A stretch of DNA of 64,000 nt from positions 70,648 through 134,647 of IMG/VR virus record IMGVR_UViG_3300042303_000041. One strand, given 5' to 3'. This DNA is from a virus. Taxonomy: Duplodnaviria > Heunggongvirae > Uroviricota > Caudoviricetes. Of the stretch, positions 9,522 to 19,114 are shown piece by piece. Each line of letters begins with the position of its first letter. The stretch's first letter is position 1. A program made the position numbers and the translations under genes. The notes beneath the pieces are model-generated. The model did no database searches and was not told the origin of the DNA. It worked only from the letters and a program-made list of their open reading frames with translations.

Positions 9522-10744
9522 CCTTTAATAACATCGGAAGAGAAGTTAGCTTTACTAAATTCCATACGATTAACAATCTTAACAGCACCACCTGATAGGT
9601 GATCAATTGCCACGAAACCTTCTACGCCAGTAACTTTGAATCCAGAAGCAGTCTTAATAAAGGTAGAGATATGACCAGCTTCGTTCATCTTGTTAATAAT
9701 CATTTCCTTGATGGCTGTTAGCTTCTCGGCTATCTCAAAGATCTTAACGATCTCACGCTTGTCGTGATTGGCAAAGAATGCCAGAATCTTCTTACGCTTT
9801 TCTTCTTGAACGTCTTTACCCTTTTGAGTCTTCTTGGTATCAATTTCCTTCTGGAACTTGTCATGAATATAATTGAAAAGTCCAGTGACATGTGCATTGA
9901 TGTCAGTGATTGGTGTGTTGGCTTTGATCTTGGAGTTGTTGTAGGTCTTAACCTGCATCAATAGATCTTCATCACGGGAGATTGCGTTGAGGGTTAGTGG
10001 GTTCATTGATTGAAACATGGAACCTACATCAGAAAGCATTTTAGTTACTGCAGCAGTCTCTGACTTAGTAAACGTTGCAGTTCCAGAATAGTCTTTATAG
10101 TTTGCATCATCCATCCATATGGTAGAAACATCCTTGAACTTTTCTACGATACCTTTACCAAAGGATGCTGACATAGTCTCAAAAGATTTACCTTCGTAGG
10201 TAGTGTGCCAAACGATACCAATCTTAGCTGAACGAATCTTAGCACCTAGTTCGCTAGAGTAAGGGATAGCGTAAACAATAGTGTTTGGATGGAAGGTTAC
10301 GTACTTCTCACCATCAATAGTCTCGATCTTTTTATCATCGGTGAACATAAGGTCACCTTGATAAACACCAGACTTGATGCCTAGTTTCGAGAACTCCGAG
10401 AGTGCAATTTTAAACTTGTCTGCTAGATCACCAGATAGTTCAGCGTCAATTTCAGCTGCGGTCTTGTATACTTTAGGCTCTTTGTTGAAGATACCTTTCT
10501 TAGCTACAAAGAACTTTCCATCTCTTGGATCTATACCAGCAAAGATAGCTGGTGCGCCATCCCACTTAACAGTGGCAGTGATCTTAGAAGTAGAGTTACC
10601 AGCAAGCATATCGCGAAGGTCACGCAAGAAATTGATAGCTTTGCGGGCGCCAGCAACACCTTCATTGAAGACTAGGTCTTCAAGGTGCTCCATATGAGTA
10701 TTCTTTTCCTCAATGATAAAGGACTTTAATGATTTCATTACCAT
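9509..10744 (-). CDS. Polynucleotide (RNA/DNA) ligase-like nucleotidyltransferase
   Basis: 411 aa; 'TATVKWDGAPAIF' fits the KxDG adenylylation motif I of covalent nucleotidyltransferases. Confidence 0.45.
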   Translation of the reverse strand: MVMKSLKSFIIEEKNTHMEHLEDLVFNEGVAGARKAINFLRDLRDMLAGNSTSKITATVKWDGAPAIFAGIDPRDGKFFVAKKGIFNKEPKVYKTAAEIDAELSGDLADKFKIALSEFSKLGIKSGVYQGDLMFTDDKKIETIDGEKYVTFHPNTIVYAIPYSSELGAKIRSAKIGIVWHTTYEGKSFETMSASFGKGIVEKFKDVSTIWMDDANYKDYSGTATFTKSETAAVTKMLSDVGSMFQSMNPLTLNAISRDEDLLMQVKTYNNSKIKANTPITDINAHVTGLFNYIHDKFQKEIDTKKTQKGKDVQEEKRKKILAFFANHDKREIVKIFEIAEKLTAIKEMIINKMNEAGHISTFIKTASGFKVTGVEGFVAIDHLSGGAVKIVNRMEFSKANFSSDVIKGWQR

Positions 10745-11652
10745 GGATCTCCAGATAGTTTTACTGAAGATGCCATCTTTTCTGATTCGAATTTGAAACG
10801 GATCTTCATGATTTTCTTTTCACCTGCCTTGACGCCAATAGACTCATTGCCTGTTTTTTCAAGAGTGACTTTATATTTTGCTAGTGCGTCCAACTTTTCA
10901 TTCTTTGTTGGATCCATTGCAACTGCTCTGTATGGTTCTTTGTTACCTTGACCAGTGACTTTGATGTAAGGTGGCTTGACGATCTCCGCATCCATCCAGT
11001 CACTTAGTAGATACTTTATTAGTTCAGGTTGTTTGAATTTGTTTAGACGAACTAACAATTCATCACGCATTGCAGCTAAAATCTGAACACCGATTTCTTC
11101 AGTTTGTTTCTTTATACCTGGATTAGAACGAATGTGTAACTTTCGTGCAGCAGAGGCTTCAGGTAATGCAAATTTTCTAATAGTTTGTTTAAGTTGGTTG
11201 TCGTATTCTTGAGCCAACTTCATATTTAAGTTTCTATCAACAGTACCTAGTCCTGGATTTTTAAATCCAATATCACCGCTACCTTGCGTAGCTTTAGCAG
11301 ACAATCCAAGGAAACCGTCAGATGGTCCTGATGTAAATTTAACTAGTACGTCAGTTGGATTCTTTTTCTGGTCGACTGGATAGCCAACTGCTCTAGTCAT
11401 AGAGTTTGGTCTAGCAGTCCACCAAACATCTCTAATAGGTGTCTTATATCCATTGGCTTTAGCCCATACGATAAACTCTTGTGCCATTACCCTAGCTTTA
11501 CCAATAGCATCAGCTACCTCTGCGGGCGTGGCTTGTTTGGCACGCATATTGAATTGTTCTTTTGCGTCGTTATCAAACCATTTTTCTCCAGCTAGGAAAT
11601 ATCCTGTCTGGATTTCATTAATGTCGGATAGAATTGTATTAGCAGTAGCCAT
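10738..11652 (-). CDS. Hypothetical protein (304 aa)
   Basis: ORF track; no recognisable motif. Confidence 0.4.
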   Translation of the reverse strand: MATANTILSDINEIQTGYFLAGEKWFDNDAKEQFNMRAKQATPAEVADAIGKARVMAQEFIVWAKANGYKTPIRDVWWTARPNSMTRAVGYPVDQKKNPTDVLVKFTSGPSDGFLGLSAKATQGSGDIGFKNPGLGTVDRNLNMKLAQEYDNQLKQTIRKFALPEASAARKLHIRSNPGIKKQTEEIGVQILAAMRDELLVRLNKFKQPELIKYLLSDWMDAEIVKPPYIKVTGQGNKEPYRAVAMDPTKNEKLDALAKYKVTLEKTGNESIGVKAGEKKIMKIRFKFESEKMASSVKLSGDPW

Positions 11653-11677
11653 AGTGTAACCTGATAGTTATAACCTA

Positions 11678-12385
11678 TTATTTAGGCTTCTTCAGCACAC
11701 GATGATACTTACGCTCCCATTTACCTATTTGCTGAATAATCTTAGGGATAGCTTCATTGTTACGATAGTCGTAGTTGAAGGTTTTAAGAAAATATCGTAG
11801 GGTGCTGGAATCGTGACTTGTGTTTGAACGAGCAAGCAGATCTTCTATGGAAAATTTTGGACGAAAAGATCTATAATCTATCCATACGCAATGAGCATAG
11901 GCTTGGATCTCATCAAAACCAGATAGATATTGTCGCTCATCATCTACTTGTTGTTTACCAATTTTTTTATATGGAACTATGTAGTTACTCCACTCATCTC
12001 CACGACGATCAAACTGCATAAAGTGAATGATCTCATGCATAAGAACCTGTATAAGTTTATACTTAAACCTGTCCCATGTAGGAGGAGTAAAGGGGAATGT
12101 ATCGTAGTATATAGTTCGAATCTGTAGAACACATTGACGCACATCAGGGTCGTATTCTCCGCCAACAGCAATATACTTCTCGTATATTTTGGCTTTAGAT
12201 ATCTCAGGCGTAAACTCTAGCCGAGTTCGCCACTTTTTAAAATAATTGGAAAGACCCCGTTCATCATTCTTATAACGATCTAGATCTTTCCAAACTTTTG
12301 CGGGGATGAATTTAGCCCTAAATGGACGCTCATGAAAATTGAGCATATCCATCCAATTGAAATTAGCTTCTTCTAGGAATTTCAT
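11678..12385 (-). CDS. HExxH-motif protein (putative zinc-dependent hydrolase)
   Basis: 235 aa; 'VLMHEIIHFMQFD' contains HEIIH. Confidence 0.4.
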   Translation of the reverse strand: MKFLEEANFNWMDMLNFHERPFRAKFIPAKVWKDLDRYKNDERGLSNYFKKWRTRLEFTPEISKAKIYEKYIAVGGEYDPDVRQCVLQIRTIYYDTFPFTPPTWDRFKYKLIQVLMHEIIHFMQFDRRGDEWSNYIVPYKKIGKQQVDDERQYLSGFDEIQAYAHCVWIDYRSFRPKFSIEDLLARSNTSHDSSTLRYFLKTFNYDYRNNEAIPKIIQQIGKWERKYHRVLKKPK

Positions 12386-12407
12386 CGTATTCCAGAAGAC
12401 TCTTACG

Positions 12408-12947
12408 CTATGCTAGATGGGAATCCAGAAACGCTAGAACCTTCGCTTGCTCCTCTAAGTTAGTGTTTGCAAACTCAGTAATATAGGACATCAATTCAAA
12501 ATTTGAAAGCAGATTACTATATTTAGTCGCCCTGCCTTTTAGGAAAACCTCCGACTGATCAGAGCCACGTTCGGCATATCGTTCCTTAAGCATAGTATCA
12601 GGAACCTTTAGATATACAACTTGCAAGTCTCTGTTGGGCAGAGCCATGCAGAACTCCAAAAAGGATTGATTGAAGATTCTATCGCCTTCGAATAGGACAT
12701 TGCACTTAGTACCAGCTACAAACTCTTGCGCTGCTGGTTGGACTGCCATTGATAAGCGATCAGTTCCAGCAAAGGTTTCTCCGTCCTCGTACTTACCTAA
12801 GACATAAGTATCGATCTCTTCGCAATACATAGCATTGAGTAGTTTCTTAGGCTCGCACTTATTCCAATCGTAGTTATCGATAAACTTACGGAAAAGAGTA
12901 GTTTTACCAGTTCCTGGTTGACCACCAACAGCAATAATCTTTTTCAT
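12408..12947 (-). CDS. P-loop kinase (candidate DNA-base or nucleotide kinase, 5-HMUDK-like by context)
   Basis: 179 aa; Walker A 'GGQPGTGKTT' at the N-terminus, small kinase size; adjacent to other modification-type enzymes. Confidence 0.5.
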   Translation of the reverse strand: MKKIIAVGGQPGTGKTTLFRKFIDNYDWNKCEPKKLLNAMYCEEIDTYVLGKYEDGETFAGTDRLSMAVQPAAQEFVAGTKCNVLFEGDRIFNQSFLEFCMALPNRDLQVVYLKVPDTMLKERYAERGSDQSEVFLKGRATKYSNLLSNFELMSYITEFANTNLEEQAKVLAFLDSHLA

Positions 12948-13963
12948 CCAAACATCTCCAATCCAATATGTTGAGGCTCTTCATCATCAAAGAACCAGTC
13001 TAAGTTTTCTATTCTACCTGATCTAATAAAGTTAGGATACTTTTCTTTATTGATTCCTCGTTTATGGTCTAAGCGAAGGTCAATAGTTTCGTTTCTAGCT
13101 TGCCATAGAACATCCCAATCGATACCGTACCAACCATCTTTCTCGCATTGCATAACTTCTTCAGCTTGACGATCAAGATAGTAACCAAGATAACGACCAT
13201 GCTTTTCTCTAAAGATCTTCTTGAAAGAACACAGGCAGGTTTCCATTGTAAAGAAGTCAACTTGATTCTTTAACTCAGGGAATCTTCTGATGGTTTCTTC
13301 TAAGATTTCTCTGGCTTGACTTTCAAGAGATACATAAGCTGCTCTGTCCAGTTTCTGATCGTACTTGTCATCTTCGCCGAGGGCAAGATGCAACCCATTA
13401 CGGTGAGAGCGAGACCCATCATAATCGTCAAGCATGAGACTAGTAGGGCTAATCCGAACATCAGCGGTATGCTTAAGATGCTGAAGATAAAACCAAGTAG
13501 AATAACGACCAAATTTATGCAGCTGTGTCTTAGCACTTTCCCACAAATTATCAAATGACTTTTCCTCGTTGTCTCCATAATGAGCCTCCATAACTTCACG
13601 TTGAGATTTGCCACCAATAAACTTCTGATATGAAGCAAACATGGTAGGTAAGTGACCTTTGTTCCACTTTGTATCTGTTTGATATCGCAGTCGCTTGTAA
13701 TTAGTAGTGTTCCACTGCTGCATACGATCAACTGTTGCCAACTCAAAGTCAGGGAACTCGTTCATCAGAACCCATGCAGTTGGTAAGTGGTATGTATTTC
13801 CATAGAGCCAGCAAAGCCAGAGTCGTTGCTCATCGTTGTGCTCGTAGCGTTTGTTGAGATAGTTAGTAGCCCATACAGCTGGATCGCAGTCATCATACTT
13901 CAATGACCATGCGTACCAGCGGATGAATGCTTCACGACGATTTTCTTTTAGTCTGTAATCCAT
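12944..13963 (-). CDS. Trp-rich 339-aa enzyme of unknown family (candidate aGPT-Pplase-like base-modification transferase by context)
   Basis: ORF track; 4-nt overlap with the kinase gene; family assignment is context-based inference only. Confidence 0.3.
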   Translation of the reverse strand: MDYRLKENRREAFIRWYAWSLKYDDCDPAVWATNYLNKRYEHNDEQRLWLCWLYGNTYHLPTAWVLMNEFPDFELATVDRMQQWNTTNYKRLRYQTDTKWNKGHLPTMFASYQKFIGGKSQREVMEAHYGDNEEKSFDNLWESAKTQLHKFGRYSTWFYLQHLKHTADVRISPTSLMLDDYDGSRSHRNGLHLALGEDDKYDQKLDRAAYVSLESQAREILEETIRRFPELKNQVDFFTMETCLCSFKKIFREKHGRYLGYYLDRQAEEVMQCEKDGWYGIDWDVLWQARNETIDLRLDHKRGINKEKYPNFIRSGRIENLDWFFDDEEPQHIGLEMFG

Positions 13964-13965
13964 AA

Positions 13966-14643
13966 TTATATAAAAGATGCTAAGTCAACTGGCTGTGTTT
14001 CTTTATATGACGATGCAAGACTTCCCTTGCGTCCACTGTATAATGCTCGTTGTAAGATTGGATCAGCATCGTTGTAAAGTCCTTCATTGATACTACCAAC
14101 AACTTTAAACATACTCAAACTACATCCAGACTTTTGTAAACCCCAGAACTTAAACCCAATACTCTCATAAAACACTACAGCATCAGGCTCCGCAGACACT
14201 CTAAAGTATACTGATCCACGGGAAACGACATCGTTATAAGAAGCTAAGGTCAATTGCTTTCCTATACCCTTACGTCTATGTTTAGCAAAAGTATGTAGCA
14301 GCTGTAGGTTTGCCACACGGGGATTAGTCTTTCCAAGAGTGGTAATGATTGCACCCATGAGCTCACCGTCAGCATTAAAGGCACCAAGACATTCATCCCA
14401 TTGATCCTGCATATCTGCTTTGGCTCTGAATGTCTTGGCGAAACCGTCAGCTTTATCATCAGTGATTGCTGCTACGAATTCGTCTCGGGTGCATTTACGC
14501 AACAGCAAGGTATTCGCGTTGTTTGTTACCACGTTCTTTATCCCACTTTGTCTTTTCCCAACCAACATACTCATTAAGATCCCATACGAATGGAGGGAAC
14601 TTATAGTTATCTGCAGCAAGGATTTCTTTGACGCTTGGTCCAT
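13966..14643 (-). CDS. GNAT-family acetyltransferase-like protein
   Basis: 'HRRKGIGKQL' matches GNAT motif A (R/QxxGxG); the 5' end overlaps the amidoligase 3' end by >=80 nt. Confidence 0.5.
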   Translation of the reverse strand: MDQASKKSLLQITISSLHSYGILMSMLVGKRQSGIKNVVTNNANTLLLRKCTRDEFVAAITDDKADGFAKTFRAKADMQDQWDECLGAFNADGELMGAIITTLGKTNPRVANLQLLHTFAKHRRKGIGKQLTLASYNDVVSRGSVYFRVSAEPDAVVFYESIGFKFWGLQKSGCSLSMFKVVGSINEGLYNDADPILQRALYSGRKGSLASSYKETQPVDLASFI

Positions 14644-15376
14644 CGTTCAATGCAGCTTCAATAAACTTCTCGGCAAAACGGAACTGGGCTTCCATCTCGT
14701 CACGCTTAGTTGTTGAGCGGAAACAACGGAACTCGATAGTACCAGTATGCTTCATGCAGTATGTATTGATGGCGTATCGGAATGGACGACCCATTGATAC
14801 ACCATCTTTGCCAGCAGCATGCAACTTGATAAAGTGTTCAAAGTCTGTTGCCAGATTGACGATATTGTCACACATATATTCTGGCATTTCTCGTCCGCCG
14901 TCATACTTGAGATACATCTTAGCACCCTTGCATGATTTCATTTGAGATGCTTCGTAGAAACCATAGCATGCTTCAATAGTATCTGTTTGATTGGCTTTGA
15001 TATAAGAGACTAACTTCTTAAGTGTAGCTACATCATCTTTAAGACCAGGAACAAACACATGAAGGTGACCATGGTTTACACAAGAAGCAGAAGGCTTATT
15101 GCCAGCATCAGCAAAGAAGCTATGTATCTCCATGACTCGATCCACTTGTTCTTGCCAAGTATTAGTTGGCTTAGTGTTAATCTCACCACCCATGTATGGA
15201 TCAGTACCAAGAGGATCACAAGCGATATATTTAAAAGGTTCATGAATGTTTACAATATCAGTTTCAGCGAATTCCCACTTACCAAGATGTTCGGGAACGA
15301 CTAGTCTACGATCTACATCACCCCATTCAATCTCATAGCCCCATGTGTATTTGTTAGACGGATAATTCATAATCAA
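14495..15376 (-). CDS. Glutamine-synthetase-like amidoligase (carboxylate-amine ligase, 'putative amidoligase enzyme' family)
   Basis: 293 aa; N-terminal 'YTWGYEIEWGDVD' (ExE) plus 'CVNHGHLHVF' and 'RCFRS', as in phage GS/GCS2-like amidoligases; located next to a class-II GATase. Confidence 0.45.
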   Translation of the reverse strand: MIMNYPSNKYTWGYEIEWGDVDRRLVVPEHLGKWEFAETDIVNIHEPFKYIACDPLGTDPYMGGEINTKPTNTWQEQVDRVMEIHSFFADAGNKPSASCVNHGHLHVFVPGLKDDVATLKKLVSYIKANQTDTIEACYGFYEASQMKSCKGAKMYLKYDGGREMPEYMCDNIVNLATDFEHFIKLHAAGKDGVSMGRPFRYAINTYCMKHTGTIEFRCFRSTTKRDEMEAQFRFAEKFIEAALNDGPSVKEILAADNYKFPPFVWDLNEYVGWEKTKWDKERGNKQREYLAVA

Positions 15377-16052
15377 CCCTTTGTAAGTCTCGTTTATTTG
15401 TCTTTACTATTTGCATATCGAATGTAAGACTAGAATCAATAGTCATATAAGTGTTCATGGGAACTTCCATAGTAACACCATCGACTCCTGCTCGTCTTGC
15501 AATATTAGTTGTAGAAGTAATTATACATCCATCTAGCATAGAAGTCAAATATAATGGACGCTTACCATTACGATATGTAATTAGTTTTTTATCAGCCCAT
15601 AACTCACATGCAGCAATAGAAGAATCAGGGAATTCTTCTAATGGTGAAGGTGAGTGTAAAATCAATTCACTATCATTTTTAGTTTCACAAACATATTCAG
15701 GAAACAAAGTCTTCCAGTTCTCAGGTAGTTCTTGTGTAACAACACCGTTGTGTACGATAGAACATTCCTCGTTTGCTAGGGGTTGATTATATTCCAGATC
15801 GCTAGTGCTGTAACGACAATGACCAATAAGATATAAAGTACCGTCATGATTTACCATTTCCTCCAAAGAATCTAAATGAACAAACTTGTCTGCAGAGACA
15901 GGTTCTTTGAACGTCATAATTTTATTATCAAATAATATAGACATTCCTGTAGCATGCATTCCACGAATCTTTGACTCATGGAATACACGTCGTATCATAT
16001 CAAAGTGATCACTCGTAGGGTTACGGATGATCGCACCAATAATAGAACACAT
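15354..16052 (-). CDS. Class-II (Ntn) glutamine amidotransferase domain protein
   Basis: 232 aa beginning 'MCSIIGAI': Cys2 nucleophile directly after Met, characteristic of class-II GATase and Ntn hydrolases. Confidence 0.55.
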   Translation of the reverse strand: MCSIIGAIIRNPTSDHFDMIRRVFHESKIRGMHATGMSILFDNKIMTFKEPVSADKFVHLDSLEEMVNHDGTLYLIGHCRYSTSDLEYNQPLANEECSIVHNGVVTQELPENWKTLFPEYVCETKNDSELILHSPSPLEEFPDSSIAACELWADKKLITYRNGKRPLYLTSMLDGCIITSTTNIARRAGVDGVTMEVPMNTYMTIDSSLTFDMQIVKTNKRDLQRVDYELSV

Positions 16053-17353
16053 TAAAAGAATCCTTCCAATGAGTTTGATTTTACAGAGTCGGGATGATAC
16101 TTCTCAAGTGTATCACGACCTAGTTTTTGCTCACAGAAGTCATACCATTCTTCGCTGTCCCACATGCTAGGTGAAACACCGTTCCATAGTTGACGCCATT
16201 CTTTATGTTCTTTATTCAGTCTGCGAGACTCAACAAAGTCAAAGCGACATTCTTCGTACTCTTTAGTTCCCAACTCTAGCATTTTCTCTCTAAAGTAAAC
16301 AACTAGGGAAATGCGTTCAGAACCTTCTTGGCAAACAATAGGTGTATTACCATGCATAACTTCATGGTTGTTAATCAACAGCAAGTCACCTGGACGAACG
16401 TTTACAGCAATACGATACTCTGGTGCAATAAGATAACCACCAGAGTAGTTACCATCATTGGACAATGTCAGCAAGTTAGACAAACCAGAAGTCAAGTCAC
16501 CAGCATCGTAATGCGCAGCTGTACGGAAAGTCTTATTGACAGTTACTGTAGTGAATGGAGTTCCAGGAACTAAGAATGCAGGATCAAGTTTCTTTGCAGC
16601 TTCCATTTGGTTATTGTATCTCCATGGAAGAAGATCTTTAAAACCCTTGGCAAGATTTTGTAAGAATGGGAATGCCATGGCAAACTTCTCTGGATTCTTT
16701 GAAGTATATGCAGTGGCACGACCATAAGGAATACGTGGATAACGATCGAACCATCCAGCGATGCCAGAGTTTACAGAGTTAGCATACGTAGTAGCGCAGA
16801 TTAACTTATCAGCTACATGCGCTGCACTTGCCTGTTGTTCTTCTTGGGGTAACAGTTTAGTTTTGTTAACCCAGTCTTCGAATTTAAACTTCTCTTTCTT
16901 AACACGTTCAATAGACCAAACGTTGGCACGATTAGAGATTGAATCTTTTTTATTGCCGTACTTCTTACGAATTTCTTCGATTGGATCTTCACCAAAAAGA
17001 TTCTCAGTAGGCTTCAAGAAGTAGTCTACAATTTCGTACTCGTACTCAGTAACCCACTCACGATTACCAAGTTTATCTGCACGTGGTCCTGCAGCTAGTC
17101 CACGATTCTGTGTTTCAATTGCAGCTTCACGCAAGCCAGCGTATGCTGCATCTTGCTGTTCTTTGGAAAAGTAGTTCTTGCGGAACTTAAAGACGATACG
17201 ATCTTCTGGATATGTTTCGTCGTCACCAACAGGTAGTGGCATGTAAACGTCACAATCCTCTTCAACCAACAAGTCATAGTGACTCTCATCAACAAACTGC
17301 CCTAGCAAATGTTCGCTGTTATACTTTCTATCAGCAACAATAATCTTAACCAT
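16052..17353 (-). CDS. 2OG-Fe(II) dioxygenase (TET/JBP-like nucleic-acid base oxygenase candidate)
   Basis: 433 aa; 'HYD'...~50 aa...'HGNT'...'RIS' gives the HxD...H...RxS facial triad and 2OG-binding pattern. Confidence 0.55.
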   Translation of the reverse strand: MVKIIVADRKYNSEHLLGQFVDESHYDLLVEEDCDVYMPLPVGDDETYPEDRIVFKFRKNYFSKEQQDAAYAGLREAAIETQNRGLAAGPRADKLGNREWVTEYEYEIVDYFLKPTENLFGEDPIEEIRKKYGNKKDSISNRANVWSIERVKKEKFKFEDWVNKTKLLPQEEQQASAAHVADKLICATTYANSVNSGIAGWFDRYPRIPYGRATAYTSKNPEKFAMAFPFLQNLAKGFKDLLPWRYNNQMEAAKKLDPAFLVPGTPFTTVTVNKTFRTAAHYDAGDLTSGLSNLLTLSNDGNYSGGYLIAPEYRIAVNVRPGDLLLINNHEVMHGNTPIVCQEGSERISLVVYFREKMLELGTKEYEECRFDFVESRRLNKEHKEWRQLWNGVSPSMWDSEEWYDFCEQKLGRDTLEKYHPDSVKSNSLEGFF

Positions 17354-17362
17354 ATCTACTCC

Positions 17363-18772
17363 TTAAAATTTAAAATCAGCGAACCCAGTATTACTAGGTA
17401 GTCGTTTGCCAAAATCACTTTGATCGAAGAGAGGCTTGTCTTCTTTCATACTATAAGATTGACCAGCGTCTGACAAGTTCTGTTGAGCAGAGGCTTCTAC
17501 ATCATATAACTTCATCTTTGATCTATCAATACCAACAACGAATCGTTTATAAAATCCTGGATCGTTGTAACGATTCTTCAGTTGTTTGACAATGATTTGA
17601 TTCAGTTGTTCAAGTTCTTCATTGGATACCAAAGCAAACATAAAGTCAGCAGTAGCTGGTAAACCAAATGATTCTGACGTATCTTCCAACCCTGGATCAC
17701 TATTGGTAAAACCACTACGAGTAGTTTGGGTTGCAGACAGAATCGGCACATTATACTCTACAGCAAGACCACGTAACTCTTCAGCAATCGACTTAATATA
17801 TGTATAAGAATTTACAGAGCCACCTTGCTTGACACGCTGAGAAGAACAGATGTTTAGATAGTCAATCATGATAATATCTGGTCGGAAGTCACGCTTCATC
17901 TTCAATTCTTCAAGCAAAGCACGAAAGTGACCAGCATGGGCAGATGCAGTTGGATATTCTTTGACGATTAGCTTGCCTTGAGTTTTCTTAGCCAATTTAT
18001 CCATTTTAGAATCAAAGATATCTTTATCGATGACCTTCAATTCATCCATGGTAATATTCAATAGGTTTGCATCAATACGTTCAGCAATACGTTCTTCTGC
18101 CATTTCCATGGTAATGTAAAGAACATTCTTACCCTGCATCAAACTAGATGCAGAAACGTGACACATAAACAGAGACTTACCAACACCAGTACCAGCAAGT
18201 GCAATGTTCAGAGTTTTCCTGGAAAGTCCACCCTTAGTGATAAGGTTAAACATCTCAAGATCAAAAGCAACCTTTTCTTCAATTCTATGATAGAATTCGA
18301 AACGCTCATTAGCATCGTCTATGTAATCATGACCAATGTGGCTATCAAAACTTACAGCAAGTGCATCAGATAAGATGGATGGAATCGCATCTTGGTTGTG
18401 CACTTTATCTTTACCATCAATAATTTTAATCGAAGCCAGAATCGCATTGTATACTGCTCGGTCTTTACAAAACTTTTCAGTATTCTCTAGTAACCAATCA
18501 GGATTGGTCGTCACATCACACACGAGTGATTTCGCATACTCATGCAATTCTGGAACTTCTTTATCAGTTAGCCCTGGAAGATTAGTTACCTCAATGGCAA
18601 TAATCTCTGATGATGCAGGTTTGTTATACTTCTCAAAGAAAGAAATCAACAGAGCAGCAATTGTCGAATCCTTGCGATCAGCAAAGTACTCTTTCTTGAG
18701 GTAAGGAATTACCTTTCGGCAATACTCCTCATTATGAATAAGATTAGACAGAATGGCTTGTTCAATACGCAT
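17363..18772 (-). CDS. 41: DnaB-family replicative DNA helicase (T4 gp41-like)
   Basis: 469 aa; Walker A 'GTGVGKS', RecA-like C-terminal domain; lies at the T4 synteny position after uvsX and 40. Confidence 0.85.
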   Translation of the reverse strand: MRIEQAILSNLIHNEEYCRKVIPYLKKEYFADRKDSTIAALLISFFEKYNKPASSEIIAIEVTNLPGLTDKEVPELHEYAKSLVCDVTTNPDWLLENTEKFCKDRAVYNAILASIKIIDGKDKVHNQDAIPSILSDALAVSFDSHIGHDYIDDANERFEFYHRIEEKVAFDLEMFNLITKGGLSRKTLNIALAGTGVGKSLFMCHVSASSLMQGKNVLYITMEMAEERIAERIDANLLNITMDELKVIDKDIFDSKMDKLAKKTQGKLIVKEYPTASAHAGHFRALLEELKMKRDFRPDIIMIDYLNICSSQRVKQGGSVNSYTYIKSIAEELRGLAVEYNVPILSATQTTRSGFTNSDPGLEDTSESFGLPATADFMFALVSNEELEQLNQIIVKQLKNRYNDPGFYKRFVVGIDRSKMKLYDVEASAQQNLSDAGQSYSMKEDKPLFDQSDFGKRLPSNTGFADFKF

Positions 18773-18780
18773 TAAAATTT

Positions 18781-19113
18781 CTACCCTTCAATACCACCAG
18801 TATATGATATGTTGTTTTCATTAATACCAAAAATTATAAGGTCTCTTAAGAAGTCACCAAGGAATTCTTCGAAGACAGCTTTCTGCTTTGCACTAAAATC
18901 TTTGCCAGCATAATCATGCACGTTATACTCAAACTGCATATGTGCATGTTCTTCTTCTGCATCCCCAACGATCTTATCAAAAGATACCTTACCATAAGAG
19001 AATATTATACCCTCATATGGACTCACAAGCAACTTTATTGCCTGTGTTTTGTCCACCTTATTTTCTAAAACTACATGGGCAGGTAGTTGGAAATCTTCAG
19101 GTACTTCGTACAT
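18781..19113 (-). CDS. Small protein at the T4 gene-40 position (head-vertex assembly chaperone-like by synteny)
   Basis: 110 aa (T4 gp40 is 114 aa); located between uvsX and gene 41 as in T4. Confidence 0.35.
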   Translation of the reverse strand: MYEVPEDFQLPAHVVLENKVDKTQAIKLLVSPYEGIIFSYGKVSFDKIVGDAEEEHAHMQFEYNVHDYAGKDFSAKQKAVFEEFLGDFLRDLIIFGINENNISYTGGIEG

Positions 19114-19114
19114 A

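Noticed and set aside
10738-11652. Possible polynucleotide kinase (T4 Pnk is 301 aa) or restriction-like nuclease
   Set aside because: No Walker A motif or HAD phosphatase motif, and no convincing PD-(D/E)xK pattern. Left as hypothetical.
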